Origin: Asterionella formosa
Lineage: Eukaryota
DNA: 36,158 nucleotides
Assembly: GCA_002256025.1 (NCBI GenBank)
Contig: NKIB01015397.1
Location: forward strand, 1 to 36,158
Reading direction: 5' to 3'
Positions 1 through 10,406 of the stretch are shown here, piece after piece. Position 1 is the first letter of the stretch. The number at the start of each line of letters is the position of its first letter. Below the pieces are notes generated by a model, which saw only the letters and a program-made list of their open reading frames with translations, made no database searches and was not told where the DNA came from. A program made the translations under genes and the position numbers.

Positions 1-61
1 ATTTCCTTCTCACACTTATCTTGACAACAGGATCGTTTTTGTCCCTGTTTACTGATCCACC

Positions 62-1389
62 ATGTTCTCCATCCTTTCCCGTCGTGCTCTCTCCAATCCT
101 ACGGCTTTGGTCTTCACGTTCCGCACTTTTTCTGCGGTTCCGTCCACTATGAAGGTAAGTTAAGCACGCTGCTTGGTTGACTCCTCGTACAACTCGAATG
201 CTCGGTTTTCACGTGAGTACGTCATCCGATGCCAGAAAGTGCGCAGTGCCACTACCGCCAGTACAGGACAATCAAATATCCTAGCTTCATATGCGTACCG
301 GTAGAGATCAAAAGATTTGCGCAATATTTATTATTCTCTCATGACCTCAAACAAATTTTATGGATCACTTCCACAACACAATCATAGGCTGCTGTTGTCA
401 GAGAGGTCGGAGATGCCAGTGCGTTGAAGGTCGAAACCGACTATCCCACCCCAACATTGAAACCTGGCCAGGTTATCGTCAAGAATCAGTTCGCAGGCAT
501 TAACTTTATTGATACATACCATCGCAAGGGAATGTACCCTCGTGACCTTCCCTTTATTGGAGGCCAAGAGGGCGGTGGCACTGTCGCCGCAGTCAGTGAT
601 GAAGCGTCCGCCAGTGGCATCAAGGTTGGAGATCGTGTTGCCTACTCTGTTTTCGGTTCCTATGCTGAATACACCGCTGTACCTGCTGACAAGCTCTTGC
701 CTGTCCCTGATGGCGTTGGTCTGGATGTTGCCACCAGCTGTGTTGTCCAAGGATTGACTGCTCATTACTTGACATCGACGTGTCACGCCGACTTGATCAA
801 AGAAGGCGAATGGTGCTTGATTCACGGCGTTGGTGGTGGAACTTGCCAGTGGGCAGCACAAATGGCAAAGCTGCGTGGGTTCAAGGTCATTGGAACTGTC
901 AGTAAGGGAAAGTCTGAAGCCGCTTCGAAGTTGGGATGTGATGAATTGATTGTTTTAGATGAAGTTCCAGGAGCATCTTTTGAGGACTACGAATCGGTTG
1001 ACGTTGTAAAGAGGGTCATGGAAATCACTGACCACAAGGGCTGCAAGGCTGTCATCGATGGTATTGGAAAATCCACCATGGATATTTCCATCAATTCCTT
1101 GGCACACCGTGGTATTTTTATATCGTTCGGAAATGCCTCTGGAGCCGTTCCTGCCTTTCCGGTCTTGCGCTTGATTGGCAAGTCGGCGTATGTGACCAGA
1201 CCCAAGCTGCTGGATTACACCACTACCAGAGAGGAGTTGGTTTCGCGAGCAGACGAAATCTTTGGCTGGCTGCAAGATGGAAAACTCAGTGTCTGTGTTG
1301 ACACAGTCTTTCCTCTGGAACAGGCTGCCGAGGGTCACGTTTATTTGGAAGCCGGAAAGAGCAAGGGCAAGGTCCTTTACTCAATTTAA
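62..1389 (+). CDS. qor: NADPH:quinone oxidoreductase (zeta-crystallin/Qor-like, MDR family) with a probable mitochondrial presequence; 2 exons, 364 aa
   Basis: Exon 1 is 62-154 (MFSILSRRALSNPTALVFTFRTFSAVPSTMK). The intron 155-387 reads GTAAGT...TAG. Exon 2 (388-1389) is in frame with the 424-1389 ORF. Qor motifs: AGINFIDTYHRKGMYP, GQEGGGTV, GSYAEY, GLTAHYL, FGNASG, HVYLEAGKSKGKVL. Confidence 0.93.
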
Positions 1390-2469
1390 TTGAACGAGTT
1401 GAGTCTTACCTAGATACATGTGGTTACACCATTGTGGCAATATTTGTATCGTGCTCTTGATGACCTTTGTCAGTCAAGAAAGATATACCACAAAGGGTTT
1501 TGGAATCAAGCTTCCACACTACTTTGTCAAGGTGCTGCAACTGATACTATGCATAGTAGCTGACTTTCTCACTCTGCACTGCTGTTCATCCCNNNNNNNN
1601 NNNNNNNNNNNNNNNNNNNNNNNNNNNNNNNNNNNNNNNNNNNNNNNNNNNNNNNNNNNNNNNNNNNNNNNNNNNNNNNNNNNNNNNNNNNNNNNNNNNN
1701 NNNNNNNNNNNNNNNNNNNNNNNNNNNNNNNNNNNNNNNNNNNNNNNNNNNNNNNNNNNNNNNNNNNNNNNNNNNNNNNNNNNNNNNNNNNNNNNNNNNN
1801 NNNNNNNNNNNNNNNNNNNNNNNNNNNNNNNNNNNNNNNNNNNNNNNNNNNNNNNNNNNNNNNNNNNNNNNNNNNNNNNNNNNNNNNNNNNNNNNNNNNN
1901 NNNNNNNNNNNNNNNNNNNNNNNNNNNNNNNNNNNNNNNNNNNNNNNNNNNNNNNNNNNNNNNNNNNNNNNNNNNNNNNNNNNNNNNNNNNNNNNNNNNN
2001 NNNNNNNNNNNNNNNNNNNNNNNNNNNNNNNNNNNNNNNNNNNNNNNNNNNNNNNNNNNNNNNNNNNNNNNNNNNNNNGCAGGTACTACCGGTATACCGG
2101 TATCTTTGCTATTATTTGTAGCTATCTTTGTATTCTATTTATGCATGCTATTTGCTTGTACTCCTACCACGTAATGAAATACGTACTATAGGGTACCTGG
2201 TACTCCACCACGTAACCGTCGCTCACAGGTGAAGAAGGTCCAGAAAACACGGTTCGTACTTAAGAAAAGATTAAGCTAAAACTCTCGATTACCGGTACCG
2301 GACCTTCCACAGGAGGAGAGGTCGTCGCAACGACGAGGCGAGACTGAGCCGAACTGAACAATACTATGACCAAGGCAAAAATGAGTATTAATTTTTTAAT
2401 ATTGTGAGCATCAAAACATTGATTGAGCAGCCTGGACGCCTTCCCCCAGTCCTTCTATTATTGAACAAA

Positions 2470-3999
2470 ATGGCTATAAGAGCACGAAAAGTTGATCAGC
2501 CTCGTAATGAGGAGAGAATTCGAGCATTAAAGCGAGGACGGAATAAGCCCGTTGACACCAATGCGGACGAACCCATTTCCGCGAGAACTGCTGTATGCGT
2601 CTTCCTCTTTGTTTGTCTAGTCTGTGGATTTTTGGATTATCGACGCGTCAAGTCAAGAGCTGTTGTGGATACAATGAGGAGCAGCCTTCGGACCGGTGGG
2701 ATGCTAGACAAACCAAAGCCTCACGAAGTTGTCGTGGCCATCAACTCTTTGCTGACACCCGAAGAAGATGTGGCTCTCGAAATGCATTCCGATGGCACTC
2801 GTTATCATTTAATTTTCAGCACGGATTGCTCCCCTTATCAACATTGGCAGTCCTACTTAGTCTATTTCACAGCCATGCGAGTAAAGCAGCCAGGCCATGT
2901 CACTCGAATTGCTTCCGGATGTTCCGCTGACGAAGAAAAGGCCATGAAACAATGGTTCAACACACACATTCAGGGGCTGTCGAATCGATTCCATTTACAT
3001 CTCACTCCATACTTTTCTGGAGTAAAGAATGATTCTGGAGAAACTGTGGGGAACTACAAGTTTTTCAACAAGCCCTTTGGTCTCAAGCATTGGATGGAAC
3101 ATGCTGAACACTTTTCCTTGTCCCAATCAGACGACATTGTTATTTTGATTGACCCTGACATGGCATTGTTGAGACCCATTACTGGGGACTTTTCTCAAAG
3201 CAAAGAGGTAGTCTTTGGAAAAGGGCGAAAAGGTCATGAATTGGGAACCAAAGTCGCTCATGGTCTACCTTTCGCTCAAGCATATGGGATGGGGACTCAG
3301 TGGGAGAAATTTGATTTGGACAAAATTGCAGGAGTAGATTCTCCAGCAAAGAAAGTGAACCAAAATGATGGCTTCTACTTTTTTCCTGCAGGGCCTCCTT
3401 ACTTGGCCACATCAAAAGATATGTATGCAATCGCCCAAAAATGGACCGAGTTTGTCCCTCGAGTGCATGCACAATATCCTCATCTCTTGGCGGAGATGTT
3501 TGCATTTTGTATTGCTGCTGCACACTTGGAGCTAAAACACCAGTTGATAGATTCTTTAATGATTTCGGAGAAAAACGCTGGAGGCGAAGGCTGGCCTTTG
3601 ATTGACCTGATCCCACCAGAAGAAATGTGTGTGTTCGCTGCAAATCTAGACCACTCAAAGTATGCCCTCCCTAATGTAGTCCACATGTGTCACGGATACG
3701 TTGTCGGTGATGAGTGGATCTTTGGAAAGCATAGAGTACCAACCGATATCTATGCCTGCGACAAGCCGCTCTTGGCAGTACCTCCTGCTGATCTCGCAAC
3801 AAGATTCACTTATCAGAAATTTCCGGATCAGAAGGACAAAGTTGACCTTAGCCCTATGTTGATAAATAGAGAGGCTTTCATGGTTTGCTCACTTCTTTCA
3901 GTGTTGAACGATGCTGCATCATACTACAAGACAAACGCTTGCCCAGTTGGCACAGCGAACCTGGAAAAATCACTGAAACTGGTCAATGTGCACAAATGA
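2470..3999 (+). CDS. Type II membrane glycosyltransferase, peptidyl-serine alpha-galactosyltransferase (SERGT1/GT96) or hydroxyproline O-arabinosyltransferase-like
   Basis: First ATG at 2470. A basic cytosolic tail precedes one TM helix (AVCVFLFVCLVCGFL). Family-like motifs: HLIFSTDCSPYQHWQ, KQPGHVTRIASGC, FNKPFGLKHWM, DxD motif (IDPDM), LLAEMFAFCIAAA. Confidence 0.75.
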   Translation: MAIRARKVDQPRNEERIRALKRGRNKPVDTNADEPISARTAVCVFLFVCLVCGFLDYRRVKSRAVVDTMRSSLRTGGMLDKPKPHEVVVAINSLLTPEEDVALEMHSDGTRYHLIFSTDCSPYQHWQSYLVYFTAMRVKQPGHVTRIASGCSADEEKAMKQWFNTHIQGLSNRFHLHLTPYFSGVKNDSGETVGNYKFFNKPFGLKHWMEHAEHFSLSQSDDIVILIDPDMALLRPITGDFSQSKEVVFGKGRKGHELGTKVAHGLPFAQAYGMGTQWEKFDLDKIAGVDSPAKKVNQNDGFYFFPAGPPYLATSKDMYAIAQKWTEFVPRVHAQYPHLLAEMFAFCIAAAHLELKHQLIDSLMISEKNAGGEGWPLIDLIPPEEMCVFAANLDHSKYALPNVVHMCHGYVVGDEWIFGKHRVPTDIYACDKPLLAVPPADLATRFTYQKFPDQKDKVDLSPMLINREAFMVCSLLSVLNDAASYYKTNACPVGTANLEKSLKLVNVHK

Positions 4000-4058
4000 T
4001 TGTGGTAAACGATGGTTTTAATGTTCTGATATGACTATATAACACCGTTCAATTTTTG

Positions 4059-5234
4059 TCACTGAGTTGCTGTGTCGTCGCTTTCTGCACATGGATCAGA
4101 TCCCCAATTCTGCAATAGGAGGTTGAAGTGATCACGATTCGCAACTGCCACATCCTCGCTAAGTAAGAACGCCTCTCGAATCCAGTTTGAGCTTTGTAGG
4201 CCTTGCGTGATGAGCAGGTCCCGTAGAGGCTTGAAGTTCGGCGAGCAAATATTGATAGTTTCTCCATAGGCTGCTTGATCAATAAAGTGATTGATGTTCT
4301 CGTGACCCATTGGTTTAAGTGGTTGCTTCAAGCCCAGAAAGGTCGACAATTCATTTCGAAAACCGCCTGCCCTGTTTTCGTCTGGATCATCCATTTGCTC
4401 GAGAGTGTACAAGAATATCTTGAAGTTGTTGGGCTGGACACCCATATGCGGACGACCAACAAGCTGGCTGAGATCTGTCGTTGACATATTTGTCTTTCCA
4501 AGTTGCATAAGGGATAGTTCAAAACGAGCAGAGTCCGTTGAAACCCCTCTCCAATCAGTAAGACCAACAAGGCTATCTATGGAAGGGATGGCTTCCTTCC
4601 AGTTCTTGTTATAGTGCTCTGTAATTCGATAATTGTAGTAACTTTGGAGGAAGAAAACAGGATGGCGCACTCCAATAATGACTTTTGCTTGTGGAGAATG
4701 CATGTGAAGGCGTTCGATGGAGTCGGTATTTTTGATTCCAGTTGGACACTTCATTCCACGCTTCATGTCGGGAGACTGGTTAAGTTCTAAAAGGGATTCC
4801 ATGTACATTCGCTGGACTGCCCTACTGTCAGAAATTTGAGGGCTCGTGAATGCACACTTTTCCTTTGAACCAACATCTGTTTCTTCGTGGTCTCTAAATG
4901 CATACACCAGTGTTGTCGTTCCACATTTCGGAAACCCTGCAATCACGAAATCCAAAGACATACTGGCATTTGTAACTCTCGTAGATGATGGTCGTGCAAA
5001 CCGGAGGGTGATGTTTGATCTTTTTCTAAGGGAAAATGAATGTTCTTCAGTGAGTGATCGTCTGGCATGAACCATTCCGGAATAGTTTGATTGAATGCAG
5101 GCATGGAAGTTTTCCATGTTTACGACGAGTAATGTTGAAAGAGCGATAAAGATGAACAATCGAAGGGTACAAAGGAACATCGACTGCTGGACTAATCGAC
5201 AAGGAGCTGAACTTTGTTTTCGGATGATTTTCAT
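4059..5234 (-). CDS. PAPS-dependent sulfotransferase, Golgi type II membrane, heparan-sulfate 3-O/N-sulfotransferase-like fold
   Basis: ATG at 5234 (MKIIRKQ) with an N-terminal TM anchor. 5'-PSB loop DFVIAGFPKCGTTTL and 3'-PB motif KVIIGVRHPVFFLQSYYNY. Confidence 0.85.
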   Translation of the reverse strand: MKIIRKQSSAPCRLVQQSMFLCTLRLFIFIALSTLLVVNMENFHACIQSNYSGMVHARRSLTEEHSFSLRKRSNITLRFARPSSTRVTNASMSLDFVIAGFPKCGTTTLVYAFRDHEETDVGSKEKCAFTSPQISDSRAVQRMYMESLLELNQSPDMKRGMKCPTGIKNTDSIERLHMHSPQAKVIIGVRHPVFFLQSYYNYRITEHYNKNWKEAIPSIDSLVGLTDWRGVSTDSARFELSLMQLGKTNMSTTDLSQLVGRPHMGVQPNNFKIFLYTLEQMDDPDENRAGGFRNELSTFLGLKQPLKPMGHENINHFIDQAAYGETINICSPNFKPLRDLLITQGLQSSNWIREAFLLSEDVAVANRDHFNLLLQNWGSDPCAESDDTATQ

Positions 5235-6169
5235 TATGGATTCGAAAGGCAAAGGTCGTCAGATGTGTGGTTTTATCGCAATTATTGGCGCTGGATGAAC
5301 TTTCGTTTTAATTTGTGAGCATAAGTGCTCCACCATTTTGGACTTGTGCATCAATGCATTAAAAAATATCAATTTCGAAATCAATGCAAGGCGTAACGGT
5401 TTTTTGGGCAAATCTTGATTCCATAAATGAATAGCAATGCACACTCAATGCGTGGTTTGAGATTATTCTGAGTTGATCAACAAGTTTCGAACGATGCATT
5501 GTTGCCGACACCACTTGACTTTACGCAACTTGAGCCTGTAGAGGCTTCGTTCGGCACATCACTTTTCGGATGACTACCGGTATACATGGAAGTATTGTTT
5601 GAGAAGATGCAAAGTTTTTTTAATTGGACTACCGGTAGTACCATTCATAAGCTCGTTCATGGCATACCGGTATCAGTCACAAATTTCGAAATCAGCCATT
5701 TATGATGTTACTATGATAAAGTGTNNNNNNNNNNNNNNNNNNNNNNNNNNNNNNNNNNNNNNNNNNNNNNNNNNNNNNNNNNNNNNNNNNNNNNNNNNNN
5801 NNNNNNNNNNNNNNNNNNNNNNNNNNNNNNNNNNNNNNNNNNNNNNNNNNNNNNNNNNNNNNNNNNNNNNNNNNNNNNNNNNNNNNNNNNNNNNNNNNNN
5901 NNNNNNNNNNNNNNNNNNNNNNNNNNNNNNNNNNNNNNNNNNNNNNNNNNNNNNNNNNNNNNNNNNNNNNNNNNNNNNNNNNNNNNNNNNNNNNNNNNNN
6001 NNNNNNNNNNNNNNNNNNNNNNNNNNNNNNNNNNNNNNNNNNNNNNNNNNNNNNNNNNNNNNNNNNNNNNNNNNNNNNNNNNNNNNNNNNNNNNNNNNNN
6101 NNNNNNNNNNNNNNNNNNNNNNNNNNNNNNNNNNNNNNNNNNNNNNNNNNNNNNNNNNNNNNNNNNNTA

Positions 6170-7660
6170 ATAGTCATCATTGTCATCCAAGGCAGAGACG
6201 ATGATGATCTGTACAAATCGCTAGGCATGCATCTCATCGCCTCCCTTGAATTCAAAGGAATGGACGACATGATACGAAAGTCCAAGAAAAGGGCAGACAA
6301 CAGCGCTGAAATAGCAGCAATAGTTGCCCATGAGAGCTTGGACAAGGGCGATCCTAGCAAGACCAAGGCGCGACGTCCAGATCTGAACGCCCAAAAGGGG
6401 ATCATAGTAGTGACGGTTCTGGCCGCTACTGTATTCGGTCACCTTATCTGGAAAAAATGTGCTGGAAAGCCCGCAAATTGGTGGCTTCTGCTGGCAGTCG
6501 TTCTGATTCCAATCGTATTGGCCGTTTCCGTCGCCGCGTCCAGCCAGACCGCGCCTCATCAACGACTGATCGCTCTTGCTGCGGTCAGTGCCATATTTGG
6601 AAATCTATTCCCGAAGTTCATCAGTGTGTTGTTTGTCTGTTCAGGGATTGTATGGTTTAGTCTGTCAACTCGGCCAGCACAGTGCAACAAACTCAACAAA
6701 GGATTCTATCGAGGACAAACCTTGACTGCAATTGCTGCAATCGCCATGACAATATCATTACTGCTAGAGAACTTCTGCATATGGGTGGTATCGGCCACGT
6801 ACTATCCAAGTCACAAAGGATTCCCCGAGCCGCTGCAAGACAACGGGCGTTTGGTGCAGAATTACTTGCTGGAGAGTATCATGAATTTGAACCGTCGCGA
6901 CGTTGTGCAGATTCGAGCATTGATAAATGTTCAATGGGCTCTGGTTGCCGCAGCATTCATGTCATTTATCGTTTCTGAACTGCAATTGCTGAAGAATAGA
7001 ACACTTTCGGGTTTGGCCTTGAGAGCTCTGACCACGTTTGGCACGGTTAGAATGATTCGAACAATAAGCTTCCTAATGACAGTCTTGCCAAGTCAGAACC
7101 CACGTTGCTATCTACAACATTTCCCATTGCCCCCAGAAGACTGGGTATCGTGGATACTAGTAGGTATGCACCCTCAGACTCACGGTGGTTGCAATGATCT
7201 CATTATAAGTGGACACGCGTGTGTCACGTCAACTTTGGCTTGCTTGGCAACTTCTGCTGCCGGTAACACTCGCTTTTCGATAGCCTTGTGGGCCCTCTTA
7301 ATCGTTGACTTTTCCATCGAAGTATACGAAGGGTTTCATTACTCTGTCGACATGTGGATGGGCGGACTCATTACTTCATTATTATGGCGAAGTTTCGCTA
7401 CGCTGGAAGACGAAGCGGTTTCAGGCCACCGAGAACTGCTACCACTTTCCTCGGCAACAAAAGAGGAGTGGGTCCTCTTTGCTTTACCAGCATTTATTGT
7501 CTACATTGTTGTTGTTGCTCTCCCAGAAGTAACCTACAACTACTTCGTTATTGGGTTTGTTATCTTCTCTGGTGGATACGTTGTCCACAAGGGATTTAGC
7601 CACTTTATCCAGCATGTCTTACTTTGCTTGCTGTTTATGGCACTTGCCGCCTTTTTGTAA
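6170..7660 (+). CDS. Sphingomyelin/inositol-phosphorylceramide synthase-like multi-pass protein (PAP2_C domain); 5' end may lie in the gap
   Basis: SMS-family motifs D3-like GGCNDLIISGHA and D4-like HYSVDMW give the His/His/Asp triad; PLQDNG and MTVLPS are also present, with many TM helices. The frame is open from the gap edge (6170) through the ATG at 6227. Confidence 0.78.
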   Translation: MVIIVIQGRDDDDLYKSLGMHLIASLEFKGMDDMIRKSKKRADNSAEIAAIVAHESLDKGDPSKTKARRPDLNAQKGIIVVTVLAATVFGHLIWKKCAGKPANWWLLLAVVLIPIVLAVSVAASSQTAPHQRLIALAAVSAIFGNLFPKFISVLFVCSGIVWFSLSTRPAQCNKLNKGFYRGQTLTAIAAIAMTISLLLENFCIWVVSATYYPSHKGFPEPLQDNGRLVQNYLLESIMNLNRRDVVQIRALINVQWALVAAAFMSFIVSELQLLKNRTLSGLALRALTTFGTVRMIRTISFLMTVLPSQNPRCYLQHFPLPPEDWVSWILVGMHPQTHGGCNDLIISGHACVTSTLACLATSAAGNTRFSIALWALLIVDFSIEVYEGFHYSVDMWMGGLITSLLWRSFATLEDEAVSGHRELLPLSSATKEEWVLFALPAFIVYIVVVALPEVTYNYFVIGFVIFSGGYVVHKGFSHFIQHVLLCLLFMALAAFL

Positions 7661-7784
7661 GACAGTTGGATTATTCAGGGCGGTACCGCTAGAGAAATGG
7701 TAATTCGTTATCAAGAAGCATGTCAAGAGTCCCATCATGACTATAAAAATGAAACCGAGGCCTGTATAATGGTGTCCTCGTTCA

Positions 7785-9104
7785 TTAATGCTTCTTTAGG
7801 AAATGATCTATCCAAGGGGTTCGTGCTTGACCACATCCATCGACAGCAAAGGTAATCGGGAAGAAGCTTTCATCTACTTGAGTTGATTTGTATCTTTTGT
7901 ACCGCCCATAAATGTAACTTGTGTTACCCCAGGGTGTGCAGGACGTTGAATCTGTAAGCGACAATAAATACAATGAGTCAAAGCGACACTCAAAATGGGG
8001 TCGTTGATAAAAGTTCTCACCTCCATTGCCACGGAATTCTATATCACCTCTAATATAGTGTCCAACTAACGCCCTCCGATGTTTCGTTGCTGACTGATTG
8101 GGTCCGGATCCATGCCATACATCTTGATGATGAAAAATCGCATATCCTTCTTTGACGGGGACTGGTTCAGCATTAGCTCCTTCATTGTTGGGCAATGAGT
8201 GTCTGTAGGTTTCTGCATCACATGTATGGAAGACTGCACTTTCTTTCATGATAACCCCCTCGTTGGTTACTGAGGATTGCTGCGAGCATTCCATAGTTAG
8301 TGACGCCAACCAATCAATTATTGTCATTAGCAGCCAATCCGATAGCTATAGCTAGTTATCACACACGTACCCTCTCCAAGTGCTTTAATGGCCTCCATTG
8401 ATGAGACCCCGCCACATACTCCACACACCCTGTTTCCACGTCAGCATCATCTAGTGCAATCCATACTGTTACTGAGTTATTCTCGTAGGGTTCGAATTGA
8501 GACGAAATATATGCTGAATCTTGGTGAAAACCAACGACTGTTTTGGGTTGACATGGTGGTTTCCAAATCAAGTCATCTTGGGCTATCCGAACAGATGGCC
8601 ATCCCATCACGTTGCCAACGAGTTGGCCCAAATGTTCCGAGAGAATAATGGATGCAATGAGTCGATCCGATTTCCATGTATTGCACATTTCTCTAGTAAC
8701 GTCTTCTCGACCCATGCCTTGTCTGTATGAAGGGGGGGGGACACAAAACAATTGTCATTATAAATGTATATTTATATACCGGTATATAGAATATGTGTGA
8801 GTATTTCTCAAGTTGGGCTCCATCATTCACCTTACCTCCAATGCCACTCATCTGGGTAGATGCCAGTTTCAAAATCTCCATGAAACAGAGCAGGCATTCG
8901 ATCCTTAACGTCTTGGCATGTTATAAAAGAAAGAATTTGATTTGGAGAGACCACAAAGCCTCGTTCTTGGAGTTGTTGCTTCATTCCCAAACATTCTTGA
9001 CTGTTCTTTTCATGGAATGGTGGGAGTATGGTGGTTGATGATACTGAGAACTTTCGATGAAGCGATTGATGGTGGTGGATAAAAGCTGTCAATGAACGTT
9101 TCAT
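7785..9104 (-). CDS. Phytanoyl-CoA dioxygenase (PhyH)-family Fe(II)/2-oxoglutarate dioxygenase; 4 exons, about 348 aa
   Basis: Exons 9104-8836, 8722-8371, 8279-8021 and 7951-7785, joined by GT-AG introns, total 1047 nt in one frame. Motifs: GFHQDSAY (HxD), VTVWIALDDADVETGCVEYVAGSH, WHGSGPN...RRALV. The N-terminus resembles a mitochondrial presequence. Confidence 0.85.
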
Positions 9105-9324
9105 GATCAACAGTGACAAGAGCCAAAGGATTGATGATGGTGTCTGAGAAGATGGGCTTTGGTATTTGTGATGTCTGTGTGGTCGCAAGCACAAATCGAG
9201 AAGAAAAAAGGTGACAGGGAAAGCATCAAAAACAGTAAATCTTTTCTTTTCATAAAATCTAAAAAATAGGAGTGGATTGTTAAATCCTTAAAAATTCAAT
9301 TAAATAAATACTTTATAAGGTTAT

Positions 9325-10049
9325 TTACTCTTCCTCAGCTTCTTCATCACCTCCAGACATTTGGAAGTAACGAAGCTCGTAGGTGCCCTTGGAAGCGGCA
9401 ACTACTCGCAAATAATCACGCAATTGCTGCTTCTTCAAGTATCTCTTGGACAGGTATTTCAATTGACGCTTGGAGAAGTTAAGTTCTGCGGGAGATGCAA
9501 TCGTTAACTTGGTGCGATCACGAGTAATGACAACATTGTTGGCGGCCAAAGCACCAGTCTTGGAGCCGATTTTGATGCGATCGTGAAGGTACTTCTCGAA
9601 GGAAGCAACATCAAGAACCTTATCCTCAACGGGTGCTGTGCAGTCAATGACGAACTTGACGGTTGACTTTTTCGATTTAGGAGCCTGGAAGAGGATGAGA
9701 TAGTAACATTAGATATATATAAATAAGTTAATATTGTCTGACACCAAATTCAATACTGCGGCCAGGCATTGATTGGTCCAGGATCCTTCTTTGCCGACTT
9801 GCAATCGAAAACGATTGAACGCACTCGTCAAGACGGGAAGGGAATGGAGAAGTCATGATTTTTATTGGAGCGTCCGACGAATTCATTTTGAAAATAAATT
9901 GAGCCGCATGCAACTAGTGAATTAAATCATTCTCATTTTCCTTAAGGCTGACTGACGGCGCCGACGGCTAAGAAGGCCCCCGGACCAACAGGATCTACAG
10001 TATGTAGATTCTCGGCCGGAAAGGCGGATCACTGGAGATCTCTTACCAT
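9325..10049 (-). CDS. RPL22: 60S ribosomal protein L22 (eL22); 2 exons, 120 aa
   Basis: Coding exon 1 is only ATG (10049-10047), followed by GTAAG. Intron 10046-9685 ends TTCCAG. Exon 2 (9684-9325) reads APKSKKSTVKFVIDCTAPVEDKVLDVASFEKYLHDRIK...FSKRQLKYLSKRYLKKQQLRDYLRVVA...YELRYF. Confidence 0.95.
9732..9858 (-). ncRNA. Candidate intronic box H/ACA snoRNA in the RPL22 intron
   Basis: On the RPL22 sense strand: a 5' hairpin closed by UGACUU/AAGUCG, an H box AAAGAA (9792-9787), a 3' hairpin (CUGGACCAA-UCAAUGC / GUAUUGA-AU-UUGGUGUCAG), then ACA (9737-9735) plus 3 nt. Length is about 127 nt. Confidence 0.55.
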
Positions 10050-10406
10050 CTTGGATAGTTTACTTCGGGGAAATATGCAAAAGAAACGATGGTGGAGTAT
10101 ATATTTGATGTACAGTAGTAGACTACCTGGTACCAGGTTAGTGAAACGGAAACATTGATTTTATCGGTACCGGGTAGAACGTTGAAAATAGTAAGAGGTA
10201 ACCCATGAAGCAGGTATTCGAAGAAGTCAAACGTTTGCCTAACCACCCGGACATAATGACATGTCCCACGAAGAACAATCATGATTGTCAGTCAAGTCAA
10301 GAGTGACGGATATCATGAAAACGCTAATAGTCGTAGGTATCCGTATGCGTACACATACGACCAGTGATGTACAACAAATAGACAAGTGTTCTCCATCATC
10401 ATAACC

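Noticed and set aside
382..1338. Antisense and alternate-frame ORFs over qor and other genes (e.g. 3179-3658, 33630-34136)
   Set aside because: These are shadow ORFs of well-supported genes and have no motifs of their own.
1418..2191. ORFs running through N gaps (also 5599-6405, 12296-13371, 23529-24044)
   Set aside because: These are artefacts of translating N runs. Only the 13085-13357 part has protein features.
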